DNA of 64,000 nt from Chrysomallon squamiferum (lineage: Eukaryota > Animalia > Mollusca). The number at the start of each line of letters is the position of its first letter. Position 1 is the stretch's first letter. The notes under the pieces were generated by a model. The model ran no database searches. It saw nothing but the letters and a program-made list of their open reading frames with translations, and had not been told where the DNA came from. The DNA is taken from positions 1,488,001-1,552,000 of the forward strand of contig CM022675.1 in assembly GCA_012295275.1 (NCBI GenBank), in the 5' to 3' direction. The position numbers and the translations under genes were made by a program. Below are positions 27,180 to 56,266 of this stretch, piece after piece.

Positions 27180-28545
27180 ACCTCGGTTCTTGTACCTTTT
27201 ATTCTACGAACACAAACAGATTATCCTCGACACGTCGCCAGTCGTTATCTCTATCATTAAGATTTTATTACTATACATACATACATACATATATCTATAA
27301 ATATCAGCTTTGTGTGCATGTCTGTGTGTGTATGTTTGTTTAGGTGCATTTCTGTTTTAGTGTTGTCAATAAATATCGTTCTCACTTATTCAAAATTAAA
27401 ACATTAGATAAATACATGATTTCCACTAAGTCAGAAATAAATTAGCAATTAAATAAAACCTTTCAAATTTATCTTTAAGAACAAATGAGTTAAACTTAGA
27501 ATTCTCACTTACTCAACACTAAACACCTAATTTACCAAATTAAATAACACAAAGATTATAAGATTTAGATATGACTATTACAACTTTAAAAGATATCTAT
27601 TTTTAAAAGGGAATACAGGTAGAAAACACTAAATGATTGACGTACGTGCATTTAATCGTGTTTTATACAATCAGACAAGTTTGTGTTCTCTTTTAACTCG
27701 CTTACCTCTTTCTTCACACAAATAATTCATCCTCGTGATTTCCTTCGTTATAAATTTGACCAAGAAATCAGCCAAACAAGAAATAAAAAAACTCAAAAAA
27801 AAAAATCCCAATAATAATAATAATAATAATAATAAAAGAAAACAAGAAATGTTTGTATACAGTAGTTTTGACTTCACATGACATATGATTTAAAGTCGGT
27901 GATGCATTGAAGCAATTTTTTTTTTCTTATCACAAAAATAGTGAAAAGCTCCACTTAATACACGTATTTACATTTCTGTCCAAACTCATCACACAGTGTA
28001 AGCGAGGAAAACGGTTAGAGTATTACAATAACAAGGTTCGTTCAACTCGCATTTCAATATATATATATATATGTCTTATGGATCTCCAAAAATAGATCGT
28101 AGATTTCTTTGATTCCCGTTTTACAGCAAAGCTGATTTATTTAAAATTAAAGAACAGTTAAACATTCACTCTCAGTCAGTTGTGTGTGAAGATCATCTTG
28201 ACATTTTCCTCCATAACTTATTTCTTTATGTGTGATAATTTTGTATTTCATTTTTTTTTTTTTTTTAATCTGGTTACCTATGTTATTCATACTTGAGTAC
28301 CCACCTACCTACCAACCTACACTGTTTCAGTGTATACATCTATGCATCTATCTGCTTCTTTATACATCTGTTTTCTGTGTGTCTATCTATACCTCTGTTT
28401 TCCAGTTTGTTATTGTTGTTAATTTCAGTATATTCTATTCCATTTCAGGTTAGCGTTATTTTTAATTATTTTCAATTCATTTTATTATTATATGTTAATT
28501 CTCTGTGACACTTTTTGTGATTAGTTTATTTATTTATTTATTTAT

Positions 28546-33732
<5,187 letters not shown>

Positions 33733-33781
33733 CACACGAGGCCTGGTCACAAACTGTACTAAGTCTGTGGTGATGTTTTGT

Positions 33782-33887
33782 GTAAGTAATACTAGAGGTG
33801 TATATATGTTAAACGGAGGGACGACTTACGCCTAGACTAAAATATAACATTATGATTATTTATGTATTTATGTGTTTGTTTGTTTGT

Positions 33888-33926
<39 letters not shown>

Positions 33927-33963
33927 TTCATTCATTCATTCATTCATTTAATCTTCTTTACAG
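33782..33963 (+). other. Probable 5' UTR intron of the plus-strand EGF-ZP-SRCR gene
   Basis: GTAAGT donor at 33782. Pyrimidine-rich TTCTTTACAG acceptor ending at 33963, followed by 12 nt of UTR and the ATG at 33976. Confidence 0.5.
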
Positions 33964-33975
33964 TATAAACTGAAT

Positions 33976-43815
<9,840 letters not shown>

Positions 43816-44084
43816 ATGGAAGATGTCAACAAACATGACATTTAGTTAACCTGACGAACATTTCACGAACTGAAATCTGTTTTAAAATAGTTGATTTAGA
43901 AGCAAACTAAAACTTTTTTCTTCTTTTTTTCTTTAAACGTTTGTAGATAAAGCTAACTGTATTATGTTTATGTAATTATTCGTGTGCTTTTCATTTTTTA
44001 TTATACATTAACCTCTTTATCATTCTTTTGTTCTTCTTCTTCTCCTTTTTGTTGTTCCTGTTCTTGTTGTTGTTCTTCTTCTAC

Positions 44085-44125
<41 letters not shown>

Positions 44126-44617
44126 AATGTTCTAATTAATTTTATTTATTTGTTTATTTAGTTATACATTTATTTATTTACTTATTATTTTAATTATTAT
44201 TATTATTATATTTTATGGCTTCTTTTGAAACAGTTATTTGTTATTTTTCATGTTTCTTTTCTTTTTTTTTTCCTTTTTACATTTATTATTCGTTTTTTCT
44301 GTTCTTTTTTTATTGTTTTTGCTGTTGTTATTTTTTTGTTCTTTTTGTTCTGCTTGCTTCTTTGTTTGTTTCTTTGTTTTAATATATTATCTGTTTTGTT
44401 TCGTCCACTAAGGCTTCTGCTTTTGTTTTTTGATTTCATTAAGTAAAGAGTGCATTGTCTAAGAATTTTGCTTTGTTATATAAGAAGCTGCTTCATTTCC
44501 TTCACCTTTGTTTTCAAATTATTACTAATTTATTTTACTTTATCCAAAATGTGTTTGTTTGTTTGCGTATTTATTATTTACACTATTTTATATTTAGTTT
44601 TGGTTTTTTCTTTACTT

Positions 44618-44623
44618 AATAAA
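44618..44623 (+). terminator. Polyadenylation signal of the plus-strand gene
   Basis: AATAAA in the context AATAAAGCTTGGAGCAATGA. This context is conserved in the minus-strand paralog (AATAAAGCTTGAAGCAATGA, 6281-6286) although the surrounding UTR has diverged. Confidence 0.65.
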
Positions 44624-45070
44624 GCTTGGAGCAATGATTTTTATGCGATTTGTTTTATTTAGCAAGTTGTAATCATTACTTGCCTATTATTTCATATTCA
44701 TATAGGTATTGTCATCAGTCTTCATCAGAAAACAAATGACCTCACTGTTTTGCTGGTCCTGTTTGTTATTATTGATTTTGTTCTACGTTGTCTCTATCGA
44801 TATTCCGGAGGTTTGGTATAAATTCATGCAGAGGAAAAATATTACAATGTGCCCTGACCATATTTCCAAACTACGTGATAAAATCAAATACTGTTGTTTA
44901 AGGAATATTGTTGTGATATCTACTTTTGATGCTACCAAAGGTATAATAACAATAATAACAACAACAACAAGAACAACAATAATATTAATAATAATAATAA
45001 GAAGAAGAAGAATACACAAATACAAATATCATCAACATCAGCAACAATAATGATAACTGAATAATAATAA

Positions 45071-45141
<71 letters not shown>

Positions 45142-46106
45142 GTATCAATAACAACAAAAAACAATAACAGTAATAATAGCAACTATGAAAACAAAAGCAA
45201 CAATAATGTTAATAATAATAAAAAATAAAATGTGTTCAGTTGGTCACATACTACAGTTTTATATTTGTATATTACATTATGGGCTACAAGTCCTTCATTT
45301 AGTAATTATCTGAAGAAGGTAAATAGGAATTAATCTGATATTTTTGTTTTAAAAATTATTGAAGAGTGTTCAGTCATGTAGTTCATCAAACCATTAAATT
45401 TACAACCAGTAACTCCCGTTTACAACCCGAAATTAGACAAATAATTAAAATAACAGTGTTTCCCAATTAACTTTGATGTTATATAAGATGCCACAGCGAT
45501 TACAAGAAGACTACATTGGCTAACTGGATAGCGTAGGAGATAATGATTTAAAACAAAAGATACGAGAAACATGAAAAATCATATATATTGTTATATGCGA
45601 TATCCACTATTTTTAATATTACTATCATAAATGAGCACATAACTGCAGATGAATTATTTTTTTCGCAGCAGTTTTTGTATTGAAAAGTTTCAAGCTTCTG
45701 CCCCAGTTCACAATATTGCTTTGTAATGAAGCTGTCACATCGCTGTGGTCAGTTTATGATAATTATATAACAATATAGTTGCAATGAGTATTTAATTCCG
45801 CAGTAAAACTGTAATTTGATAGTGTAATCATAAAACATTAGAAATGTGGTAATAATTAATCAAATTCTTCCAATATTTTAAGTAAAAAAATTGTTTATCA
45901 GTTGAATTATGGATTTCAAAAGGAACAGTTTTCCTTTAATATCTCTTTATACAGTTTAGAAACAAATATCTCCACATCGATCATGATTCTGTAAACGTTT
46001 TAATTTATCTTGTTTGTTTTTGTGTTTTTGTGTTTTTTTGTTTCTTTTATTTTCTTTAGTTTTTTAAATTGGTTATTATTATTAATATCATTATCTCATA
46101 CTCTAA

Positions 46107-46149
<43 letters not shown>

Positions 46150-46159
46150 AATGTTTTTT

Positions 46160-46767
46160 TAAGACAGAAGAGGATCATACATTGCAGTTAAAGTTTTAAC
46201 TGTGTTTAAGAAAATATTAACACAGGAGACTAAAACATCCTGCTAAGATTACCTAAACTCATCCAGGTGTTACGAGAGTTAGTCTCCTGTTTGTGCTCAG
46301 ATAACAAATAATACATCGATTCTTGTAGCTTTTGTTAGAGTCACACAAACAGTTTTACCTCGAGACATCTCACATCTACTGCTCTACGGACAGGGTTCAG
46401 TGGTTGTGTATGCGTTGCTATTTGTTCGTTATTTTTACTGCAACAATTATTTCGAATACTACAGCTACCACTAATCCTACTCCTACCATTTGTCATTCTG
46501 CCAGTACTATGACTACCTAATAATTATAATACTAAAATGACGATTTCAACTTCTAACACTTTTACCAGTAGTACTAAAATTACCAGCAATGCTACAAATA
46601 TAACTGATACTAATACTGTTGTGACTAATATGCCTATTGCTACCAGAACAGCAACTACTATTACCATTACCACTAATAACTCTACTACTACTGCCTCTAA
46701 TAGTACTAATTCTGCTACTGTATATTTGACTTTATTTTACACAAGTGTTCATTTTAAAGTTAAAAGC

Positions 46768-46850
<83 letters not shown>

Positions 46851-47594
46851 TTGTTATCACGTAATATACGTTCTGCACAGACTTTGAGAGCTTTCAGACA
46901 CTGCACTGAATAACTTTCAAAATAAATTACAACGTTAAATTAAGCTTCATATTACATGTTTAACTGATTTCTATAGAGCAAAAAATAAATGCTCTGAGAT
47001 AGATATTATTTCTGCGGGTGTTAGGGTGGTACACGGAGTTGTATTTGCAGGTCAATTAAGCATATACCAATACAAAAAAACCTTATTTATTATATATATC
47101 TCTCAGCCAGTGATATTTGTTACTATTTGATTTCTCTAACGAAAGCAGCTTAAATAAGTATAAAAATATGTGTACGTTTCAGTAGTTGCATTATCCAAGA
47201 TATTTACTCTTTTGTATTCACTATAGATTCATATATTTACTTTTGTTTTAAGAATGTGCAGAGCGTCGTCTTAAAATGTGGCTTTGTTTTTATTTTTAAA
47301 CCTCGCAGTGCCATTCTATACTTGACTATTTTTCTTTTACTACTGAATTACTTTCAAACACACCGTTCAATGGCTTATTTGTACAATACTTACCCTATAT
47401 ATGTGTATGTGTGTGCGTAGCTGTGTGTAGGTGTGTGTGCATTTTATGATTTGAATACTGTCTGTCTAATGTACGTCTGTTTAGACTCCGGACACAGACA
47501 AAATCCACGAACGCATAGGTATAAAAATATGTGTTCTTCCCCGTAGCTGCATTATCCAAATATTTACTTATAGTTTTTGTTTTGTTTATTCCTA

Positions 47595-47662
<68 letters not shown>

Positions 47663-47993
47663 AATGTGCAGAGTGTCGTTATAAAATGTAGCTGAGGGTT
47701 TTATGTTTAAAGCTCGTAGTGACATTCTATACTTGACTATTTTACTACTGAATTAGTCACACCTCACAAACCTCATACGATGTCGCTGACGAGACACGAA
47801 CGTATGGCGCCCATTCTCCCGCACTCCGAAAGCGGACGACATTACCGTTCCGCCATCAAGACAAACTTAAAAGGAGTAACCTGAGTGACTATATTAATCA
47901 TATTTGCCTATCCTAGACGAAGGAGCAGTTTTAGTGTGTCTGTGTGTGCGTATATATATATATATATGTATGTATGTATGTATGTGTGTGGTT

Positions 47994-48063
<70 letters not shown>

Positions 48064-49527
48064 ATTTATATATATATATGTAGTAAACCAACACACACAC
48101 ACACACACATATATAAGTAAAAAAAAAGAAAAGAAGGGAAAAACGACTTCTGTTTTGACGCCTGTTTGACGCCTGTCTGACTCCAACCTCTTTCTCTACA
48201 GATTGTGAGAACTTTCAGACACTGCACTGAATGACTTTCAAAATAAACTACGATGTTAAATTAAGCTTGATATTACATGTTTTCTGATTTCTGTAGAGTA
48301 AAAACGAAATGCTCTAAGATAAATATTTTATTTGCAGGTGTTAGGGTGTGACACGAAGTTGTATTTTCAGATGAATGTGTAAACACTATTCAAAACAGAA
48401 AAAAAGTTTGTTTCTAAATATATCTATGAGCCATTAGTATTAGTTATAATTTTATTTCTCTGACGAGGGTAGCTTAATATAGTATAAAATATATGCATAC
48501 GTTTCTGCAGCTGCATCATTCAAGATATTTGTTTAAATTATTTTTGTAACATGTGTATACTCATGTCTAACAGGTGAGAATTATTATTGTAAACAATTTT
48601 AGCACACAGACGTACATAAATCATATTTTTACTTTTATTAATAATTTTACTCATTTATCTTCTTTTATTTGTATTTGTATTATTATTGTGTGCATATTAT
48701 GTAAATACACAAACACACATACAGACAGACACACACACAAACATACATGTAGAATCTTGTTGTACAAACTAATCTGCATATTGTTCATACCATTTGTCAG
48801 AAATATTTATTTGTCTATTTTTTACATATCTATCGATCTATCTATCTATCGATCTATCTATATGTATCTATGTATCAATATGTTATTATATATGTATGTG
48901 TATATGTCTATCTATCTCTCTGTCTAGTTATCTATTTATCTCTGTAACCCACTTATTCGTCTATGTGTTAGTCTTATAGTTGCTTTTGTCCACTGATATA
49001 AAATCAAGTTTTGTGTCCATATGAATAACTGAATATAGGGGAAATAGTCAGAGGAAAAAGTCAAAGGAAAAAAAAAATCAGAATTTTTTATTAAGAAATA
49101 CATTAGCAACATAAAAGCATTGCTCTAGTTATTGTGTTAAATCTTTGTTAAAGTTTTCTTTTCCTTTTCTTGCCTCCTATTTCTATAACTTATTTTACAT
49201 TACTTTCGAATGAAAGATTGATTAAACAAATTGTATCACAGGTTTTTTTGTTGTTTATTTTAATATTCTTTGATTTTAATGTTGGTGGTTTAGACAGATA
49301 TTCCACCCAATACCATAAATAAATGTTACCATAAAGAAAGTATTGTGGTTCTCAAGGCGATCGGCATATAATAATGTAGATGATTTTCCAAAGTATCCAC
49401 TGTCTTGTTTGTCATGTTTATTTCTGAATCGTGAGCAAAAGAAAGAAGAAAAACATAGAGTGAACCAGAACTAATGGGAAATGAGACGTTTCTCAATATA
49501 TCTCCGCCTTTTCTATAATGAAAGTAT

Positions 49528-49570
<43 letters not shown>

Positions 49571-50224
49571 GTTAGTTAATTAGTTAGTTACTTAGTTAGT
49601 TAGTTATTTGTTGATTCCTTCTATTGCGTTATATTTTTATGTTATTTTATTTATTTCTTTATTCACTTGGCTTTCCAATTTAAAAAAATGAATATATAAA
49701 TAAATATTAATATTATTTTTAACTGCCCATGTAGACTGGTACTCTCACAACAGTTACCCTTTTTTACCACTGGTCATGCATCAACTAACATAAAAACACG
49801 TGTAACACATCACTGCTCATCTAGTCTGGTACTCCGCACTCACAACAACACTCGCTGATTTCTTTCACTTGTCATGAATCAACTAACAGACGTTTAGGTA
49901 TTTCTGACTGATTTTAACCTCAAAGGTAGCCCACAAAATTGTCTATGAATTTACTGTCGCAGAAACAATATTTATTATGGTGTACTGATAATGATTTGTG
50001 TAGTCATTTTTAACACAGAAACATACACATTCACACTCTTCTACGAGTTAACATACACACAAATATACTCACATAAACCACATACGTATGTATCAACAGT
50101 CAACTAAGCACGAGTACGCATATCTACATGCGTAAAGAAGCATCCATTATCGATCATACACGCATACACACACACACACACACAAACACACACATCCATA
50201 CACAGACAGACATATATATATATA
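46160..50224 (+). repeat. Copy of the composite duplicon downstream of the plus-strand gene (ends at gap)
   Basis: AAGACAGAAG..AACTGTGTTTAAGAAAATATTAACACAGGAGACTAAAACATCC start; colinear with 21220-24700. Confidence 0.85.
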
Positions 50225-50424
50225 NNNNNNNNNNNNNNNNNNNNNNNNNNNNNNNNNNNNNNNNNNNNNNNNNNNNNNNNNNNNNNNNNNNNNNNNNNNN
50301 NNNNNNNNNNNNNNNNNNNNNNNNNNNNNNNNNNNNNNNNNNNNNNNNNNNNNNNNNNNNNNNNNNNNNNNNNNNNNNNNNNNNNNNNNNNNNNNNNNNN
50401 NNNNNNNNNNNNNNNNNNNNNNNN
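50225..50424. other. Assembly gap (200 N)
   Basis: Run of N of round length, so the true size is unknown. Confidence 0.98.
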
Positions 50425-50639
50425 CAGATGTGGATGAAAGAACTGACACACCTTTTCTAAACTTTTCTCTCCAAAGAAATCAAACAAATATGACGAGTTG
50501 ATAGATGTACTCAAGAATTAACTTATTACTCTGTGTAGTGCACACACCACTTATCTGAAAATACAACTTCACTTCATCATCCTAGCTCCTGCAGAGAAAG
50601 AATCCATATCAGACAGGGCTTTTTTTATTTATTTTTTTA

Positions 50640-50691
<52 letters not shown>

Positions 50692-51512
50692 AAAAAAATT
50701 TCACGTTATAGTCAAATACGAAAATAGAGATGTCATTTAATTTAGCATTCTGAAACATGTTTAGAATCTATCAATCTTTTGCTTTGCTGTTTTTCAAAAG
50801 GACTGTATGTGTGATATTATACAGATATTTTTTTCTCTTATCTAACAAAAGTGCAACAAGAATAACAAAAACAGTCATAAGTACTTTTGTAAATATATTC
50901 ATTTCAAAAAGTTATACAAAAGAATACTGAAAATATGAAACAGAGAATAAGTTACACTGCAGTGACACAAACAAGTTAAGTTACATTATTGTTTAACATA
51001 ATATATCCAGAACTGTCATATGTAGCAGTCCACTTGTTAATAAAGAATAAAACATGTTAATAGTAGTATGTATCAGTCTAGTTGTATACAAATATTGTGA
51101 ACAGTGTATATACCAGTCTAAGTGAAAATAAAAGCTTGTTAACATTGTTATGTACCAGTCTAGCAGTAAACAAATCATGTTAACAACGTTAAGTACCAGT
51201 CTAGCTGTAAACAACTCTTCTTAACAGCATCATGTACCAGTCTAGTTTGAAACAAATCTTGATATCAGATGAAACATCCATATTAACACCAATGTAAATA
51301 CTTTTACTGATATTTTAAAAATAAAATGTTAATTCTATCAGGTTTCACAGTTTATTAGAAAAGAACATTGCTAATTTCAGAAATTATTAAAACTTCATTA
51401 TAATACTGCTGTATTAAAGCCGCTGTTTTAATGGAGTTTTTTCCCGAATTGTAAAGTTCTGAAACAAAAAAAAAAAAAACAAAATTAAAATAAACAAATA
51501 AATAAAAATAAA

Positions 51513-51543
<31 letters not shown>

Positions 51544-54500
51544 TAATAATAATAATCAAAATTAATAATAATAATAAAATAATAATAATTATAATAATAA
51601 TAATAAAAAATAATAATAATAATAAAATAATAATAATTATAATACTAATAATACTAATACTAATAATAATAATAATTTGTTGTTTTCATATGTGCTACCT
51701 ATAAAATATAAAAGTGCAGGCTGGCATAAAAATATCTTATTATGATGTATATATTTGATGCACTGTATATCTAAGAAAATACTAATAAGAACAAAACAAA
51801 TTTTTTTAAAACATTTCTAAAAATTCTAAAATACATTGTTAATTAATACTACACAGTAAAAAAAAAAAAAAAAAAAAAAAATTATAATACAAAAATAAAT
51901 CTACTAGACAATTGTGTTGTAATTGCTATATTTCTTACTTCTCATCAGTTTCATATTCAAATACTGTGAAGAAAACTGGTATGTAATATCTTGTTCATGT
52001 AAAAATGTGATGCAGGCTACATTTAAATATAAAAGTTATATCTAGTTTAAGTAGACAGGTGACAAGCAGGATGTGATAGTTGACTTAGCAGAACTTGGAT
52101 GACAAATGTTGAGAATTTCCTGATATGAAAACTAATAATACTTCAACCAAAAAAGTATAGTTATTTTATTTTTGTTATTAAATAACTAAACTGGATATTT
52201 TTCCTCTGATTTATTCATTTATTTAATTTCATTATTTAGCATTATAATAAATATACATTTTAATTTATTTTCTTATTATAATTTTATTTTTTGTTTTTCT
52301 TAGCAATTACTGGCTTATATTTTGATTTTTCTCAACATCACAGAAGGAAATATGTATTTATTCTTTGTATGTTTGTTTTATATTTTATTTATTTTAAATC
52401 TATTTTATCTATAACAATCATATAAAATAATGGACATACACACAGATATACATATCAACATACAACATACTGATCGTCATGCATAACTTGATATATTATC
52501 ATGCTGATGATAATAATAAACCATACATACATTATGCATGCAAATCATAATTAAAAGAAATATACATTTAAAGAATGGACATGCAGCATTTTACAAATAT
52601 TCAAATTTGCATTTAACATTTTATATCATACAGTTCAATGAAAAATATGCAGTTTCTGAAAACCCTGCCTATAATTATAATTGAGAGTAAATTTAAAAGA
52701 AATTGTAAAAGAAAACATTTAAAATAATAAATATAAATGAATGATATAGTTTTATTGCATGCCTGCATATTGGTATAATTTGTAGAGTTTGTAAAATTGG
52801 CTATTTTATGATTGTAGTCACATCATATCCTGACACCAAATACAAAAAAAAAATAATCTGCATCATCGTTATCTCACAAAATGAAAAAAAAAAAAAAAAA
52901 AAAACCCCCATATATTTATAGTTTTTCAAAGTTTTTTATTGTTAATATATCAAAAATGAAATTCTAAAATGTATGACAAAACTTATAGATCAACGATACT
53001 TGGTTTATGTTATCTATACAGATAAAAATTAAAAAAATCTATTTGACTGCATAGAGAACTATTCTGAAGACAGCAAGTGAGTATTTCAAAACTGTAATAA
53101 TTAGAAAGAAAAGGTAATAAAAATCTCTGAAGTGACTAACATGAATTAGAACTGAGTATGAGTCACAGAGTTTGTTAAGTTTCTCTGACTATTACAATTA
53201 ACCTCAACATTCAATCTGGACAAAGCCAGTTAGTATTTATTAATCTAAAAGAAAAAAGAATATATATATATCTGTATATATAAAATCATTAAATGAATAA
53301 AAGGCCTATGACGGCTGAGACTATTCCTGGTTTCAGTGAGTTTCCAGTTTTATTATTCAGTTTGAAAATTGATGTCACCACAAAAGAGAATATGTCAGCC
53401 GCCACTGATTGTTTTCAAGTTTGTTATTTTATAATTATATTTTGTTATTAGCAAAGCTAAGTAAAAAACAATCTGAAATCATAGAAAATATACTGAGATA
53501 ATTTAATTGTACAGATATATACTGGAATCAGCTTCTTCAGTTTGTGTACACTTGGTAACTTGCTGAAATAATCTGAACAAATTATATAAGTTTTATTATT
53601 GTAAGCTTCCAAGCTGACACTGTGTACTGTTACAACAGTTATATCAAAGATTTAAAAGAGAAACAGTTTCTTGATACAACAGAGTTACAACAATCAGTGA
53701 TAAACAAATGTGGAATGCTCTTCATCTTTGGCTTATGTTATCTGCATGAAAAAAACTGCTGTGTTTGAAACTGTCTAACACTCCAGACTCTAAAATCCAT
53801 CATTCACCCAGTTTGTTAAAATGTTGTAAAATTACATTAGTTTCATAAGTTCTACAGTTTGTTAAAATGTTGTAAAATTACATTAGTTTCATCAGTTCTA
53901 CAGGTTGTTAAAATGTTGTAAATAACATTAGCTTTATCAGTTCTACAGGTTGTTAAAATGTTGTAAAATTACATTAGCTTCATCAGTTCTACAGTTTGTT
54001 AAAATGTAAAATTACATTAGCTTTATCAGTTCTACAGTTTGTTAAAATGTTGTAAAATTACATTAGCTTCATCAGTTCTAAAGTTTGTTAAAATATTCTG
54101 ATGTTACATTATAAGAAAAAAAACATACTGTTTCTGTTATCTGCTGAAAAATATTATTAAATAAAATTCCTTATTAGTATCCAAGTATTATACCAATTAA
54201 TAATAATGCTTTTTAGTTGAAATGCTCTACTATGACATTCCATTAACTAGATGTAACAATTTTTGTTAAAAACATAATGTAACCATAAGATTTGAAACAT
54301 AATATAAATGTCCTCATATCTGAAACATTGCATTAATTAATATCAAAATTGCAAATGCCACAATTTTTTTTATCAATAGTCTACACATAAAATTATCATT
54401 TTGTGTTGAAACATTAGAAATAGTAATCATTTCTGTTTTGACATTACAGAAAACTTGTTTTTCAAAGTGTTACTTTAAGTGAGTTCAGTTGAAAGATCAA

Positions 54501-54606
54501 ACAAAGTAAGATCTTCTGATCTAGACACATCTTTTTAATTTAATGCTGTTCTGAGTAGAACTGACCTGAAATGAAACTGAAGCAAAACTGACCAATGGTC
54601 AGTCAG

Positions 54607-54784
54607 TCATTTAGAAAATATATCTTTGTAGTTGAGAAGCATCAGTTCTATGACTTTCTGTTCAAACTTGGCAGCCATCAGACTGATCATGGGGTCTGTT
54701 TCAAGCGGCCTCATCAACGTCGGCGCAAAGACGATAGCCAGGTTCTCAGCACTCATCATCGTCTTCTCCTTCATCTCCGCAACT
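54607..54784 (-). pseudogene. Orphan terminal coding exon of a RhoGAP-domain gene, chimaerin-like (copy 2)
   Basis: (R)VAEMKEKTMMSAENLAIVFAPTLMRPLETDPMISLMAAKFEQKVIELMLLNYKDIFSK*, 3 nt different from copy 1. It could be the real last exon of a gene whose other exons lie beyond 64000. Confidence 0.6.
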
Positions 54785-56145
54785 CTGAAACACAACATTT
54801 CAACATTCTAACTCTGAAACACAACATTTCGACATTCTAACTCTGAAACACAACATTTCAACATTTTGTTTTTAACTCTGAAACAACATTTCAACATTTT
54901 GTTTTTAACTCTGAAACATTTCAACATTTTGATTTTAACTCTTAAATGCACAACATTTCATTTTTAACTCTGAAACACACAGCATTTAAACATTTCATTT
55001 TTTACTCTGAAACACAACATTCCAACATTCAATTGTTAACTCTGAAACAGTACAGTTCAACATTTCTGTTTTAACTATCAAACAAAATAATTCATCTTCA
55101 ATTATGTGTTACATTAACACTAGTAATATCAAAAATAGTGGGTTTCGTATATACATTTTCAAAAACTGTATCTTAATATTACAACAATAAAGAATCTTGT
55201 AATCAGTAAATAAAAAATAGCTGCCAGCGAATACTACAAGTACGTATAAACTAAATTGCGATCCGTAGCTTAGTAAATAAGTTACGACCAACTTCCTAAG
55301 TTAAAGAAACACCTATCTCTGAGAACATTTTCCACCTCTTGAACGAGGACGTATTAGGGTTTAGCTAAGGGCCCTACTACGTAAGATAGAAAAACAACAA
55401 CATGGTTTACCGTCAATATATATATATATATATATAGATATTGTGTTATTATTAGAAGTAGAACTAGTATTAATATTACCATTAGTTTTTTGTTTCTTCG
55501 TTTCAATTTATTTTATTTTATTTATACATGTTTTGTGTTTTAAGACAGAAGCAGAAGATACTATACAGTTATACTTTTAACTGTGTTTAAGAAAATATTA
55601 ACACAGGAGACTAAAACATCCTGCTAAGATTGCCTAAACTCATCCAGGTGTTACGAGAGTTAGTCTCCTATTTGTGCTTAGATAATAAATAATACATCGA
55701 TTCTTGTAGCTTTTGTTAGACTCACACAAACAGTTTTACCTCGAGACATCTCACATCTACTGCTCTACGGACAGGGTTCAGTGGTTGTGTATGCGTTGCT
55801 ATTTGTTCGTTATTTTTACTGCAACAATTATTTCGAATACTACAGCTACCACTAATCCTACTCCTACCATTTGTCATTCTGCCAGTACTATGACTACCTA
55901 ATAATTCTAATACTAAAATGACGATTTCAACTCCTAATACTTTTACCAGCAGTACTAAAATAACCAGCATGCTACAATTATAACTGATACTAATACTGTT
56001 GTGACTAATATGCCTATTGCTACCAGAACAGCAACTACTATTACTATTACCACTAATAACTCTACTACTACTGCCTCTAATAGTACTAATATTGCTACTG
56101 TATATTTGATGTTATTTACCACAAATGTTAATTTTAAAGTTAAAA

Positions 56146-56194
<49 letters not shown>

Positions 56195-56229
56195 GTAATA
56201 ATAATAATAATGATAATGATAATGAAGAA

Positions 56230-56266
<37 letters not shown>

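Larger units (their letters stand above)
21220..28545 (+). repeat. ~7 kb microsatellite-rich composite duplicon, reference copy
   Basis: The same ordered blocks recur at 28546-32365, 46160-50224, 55541-64000 and inverted at 1-5260. Example blocks: GATTGTGAGAGCTTTCAGACACTGCA, AGACTGGTACTCTCAC, GAAATCTGCATCCGCGGACATATC, AGAGACACGCCCCATGTGA. Boundaries approximate. Confidence 0.85.

Noticed and set aside
16435-28545. Helitron carrying a captured RhoGAP exon
   Set aside because: Plausible, but no 5' TC / 3' hairpin-CTRR ends or Rep/helicase sequence could be identified by eye.
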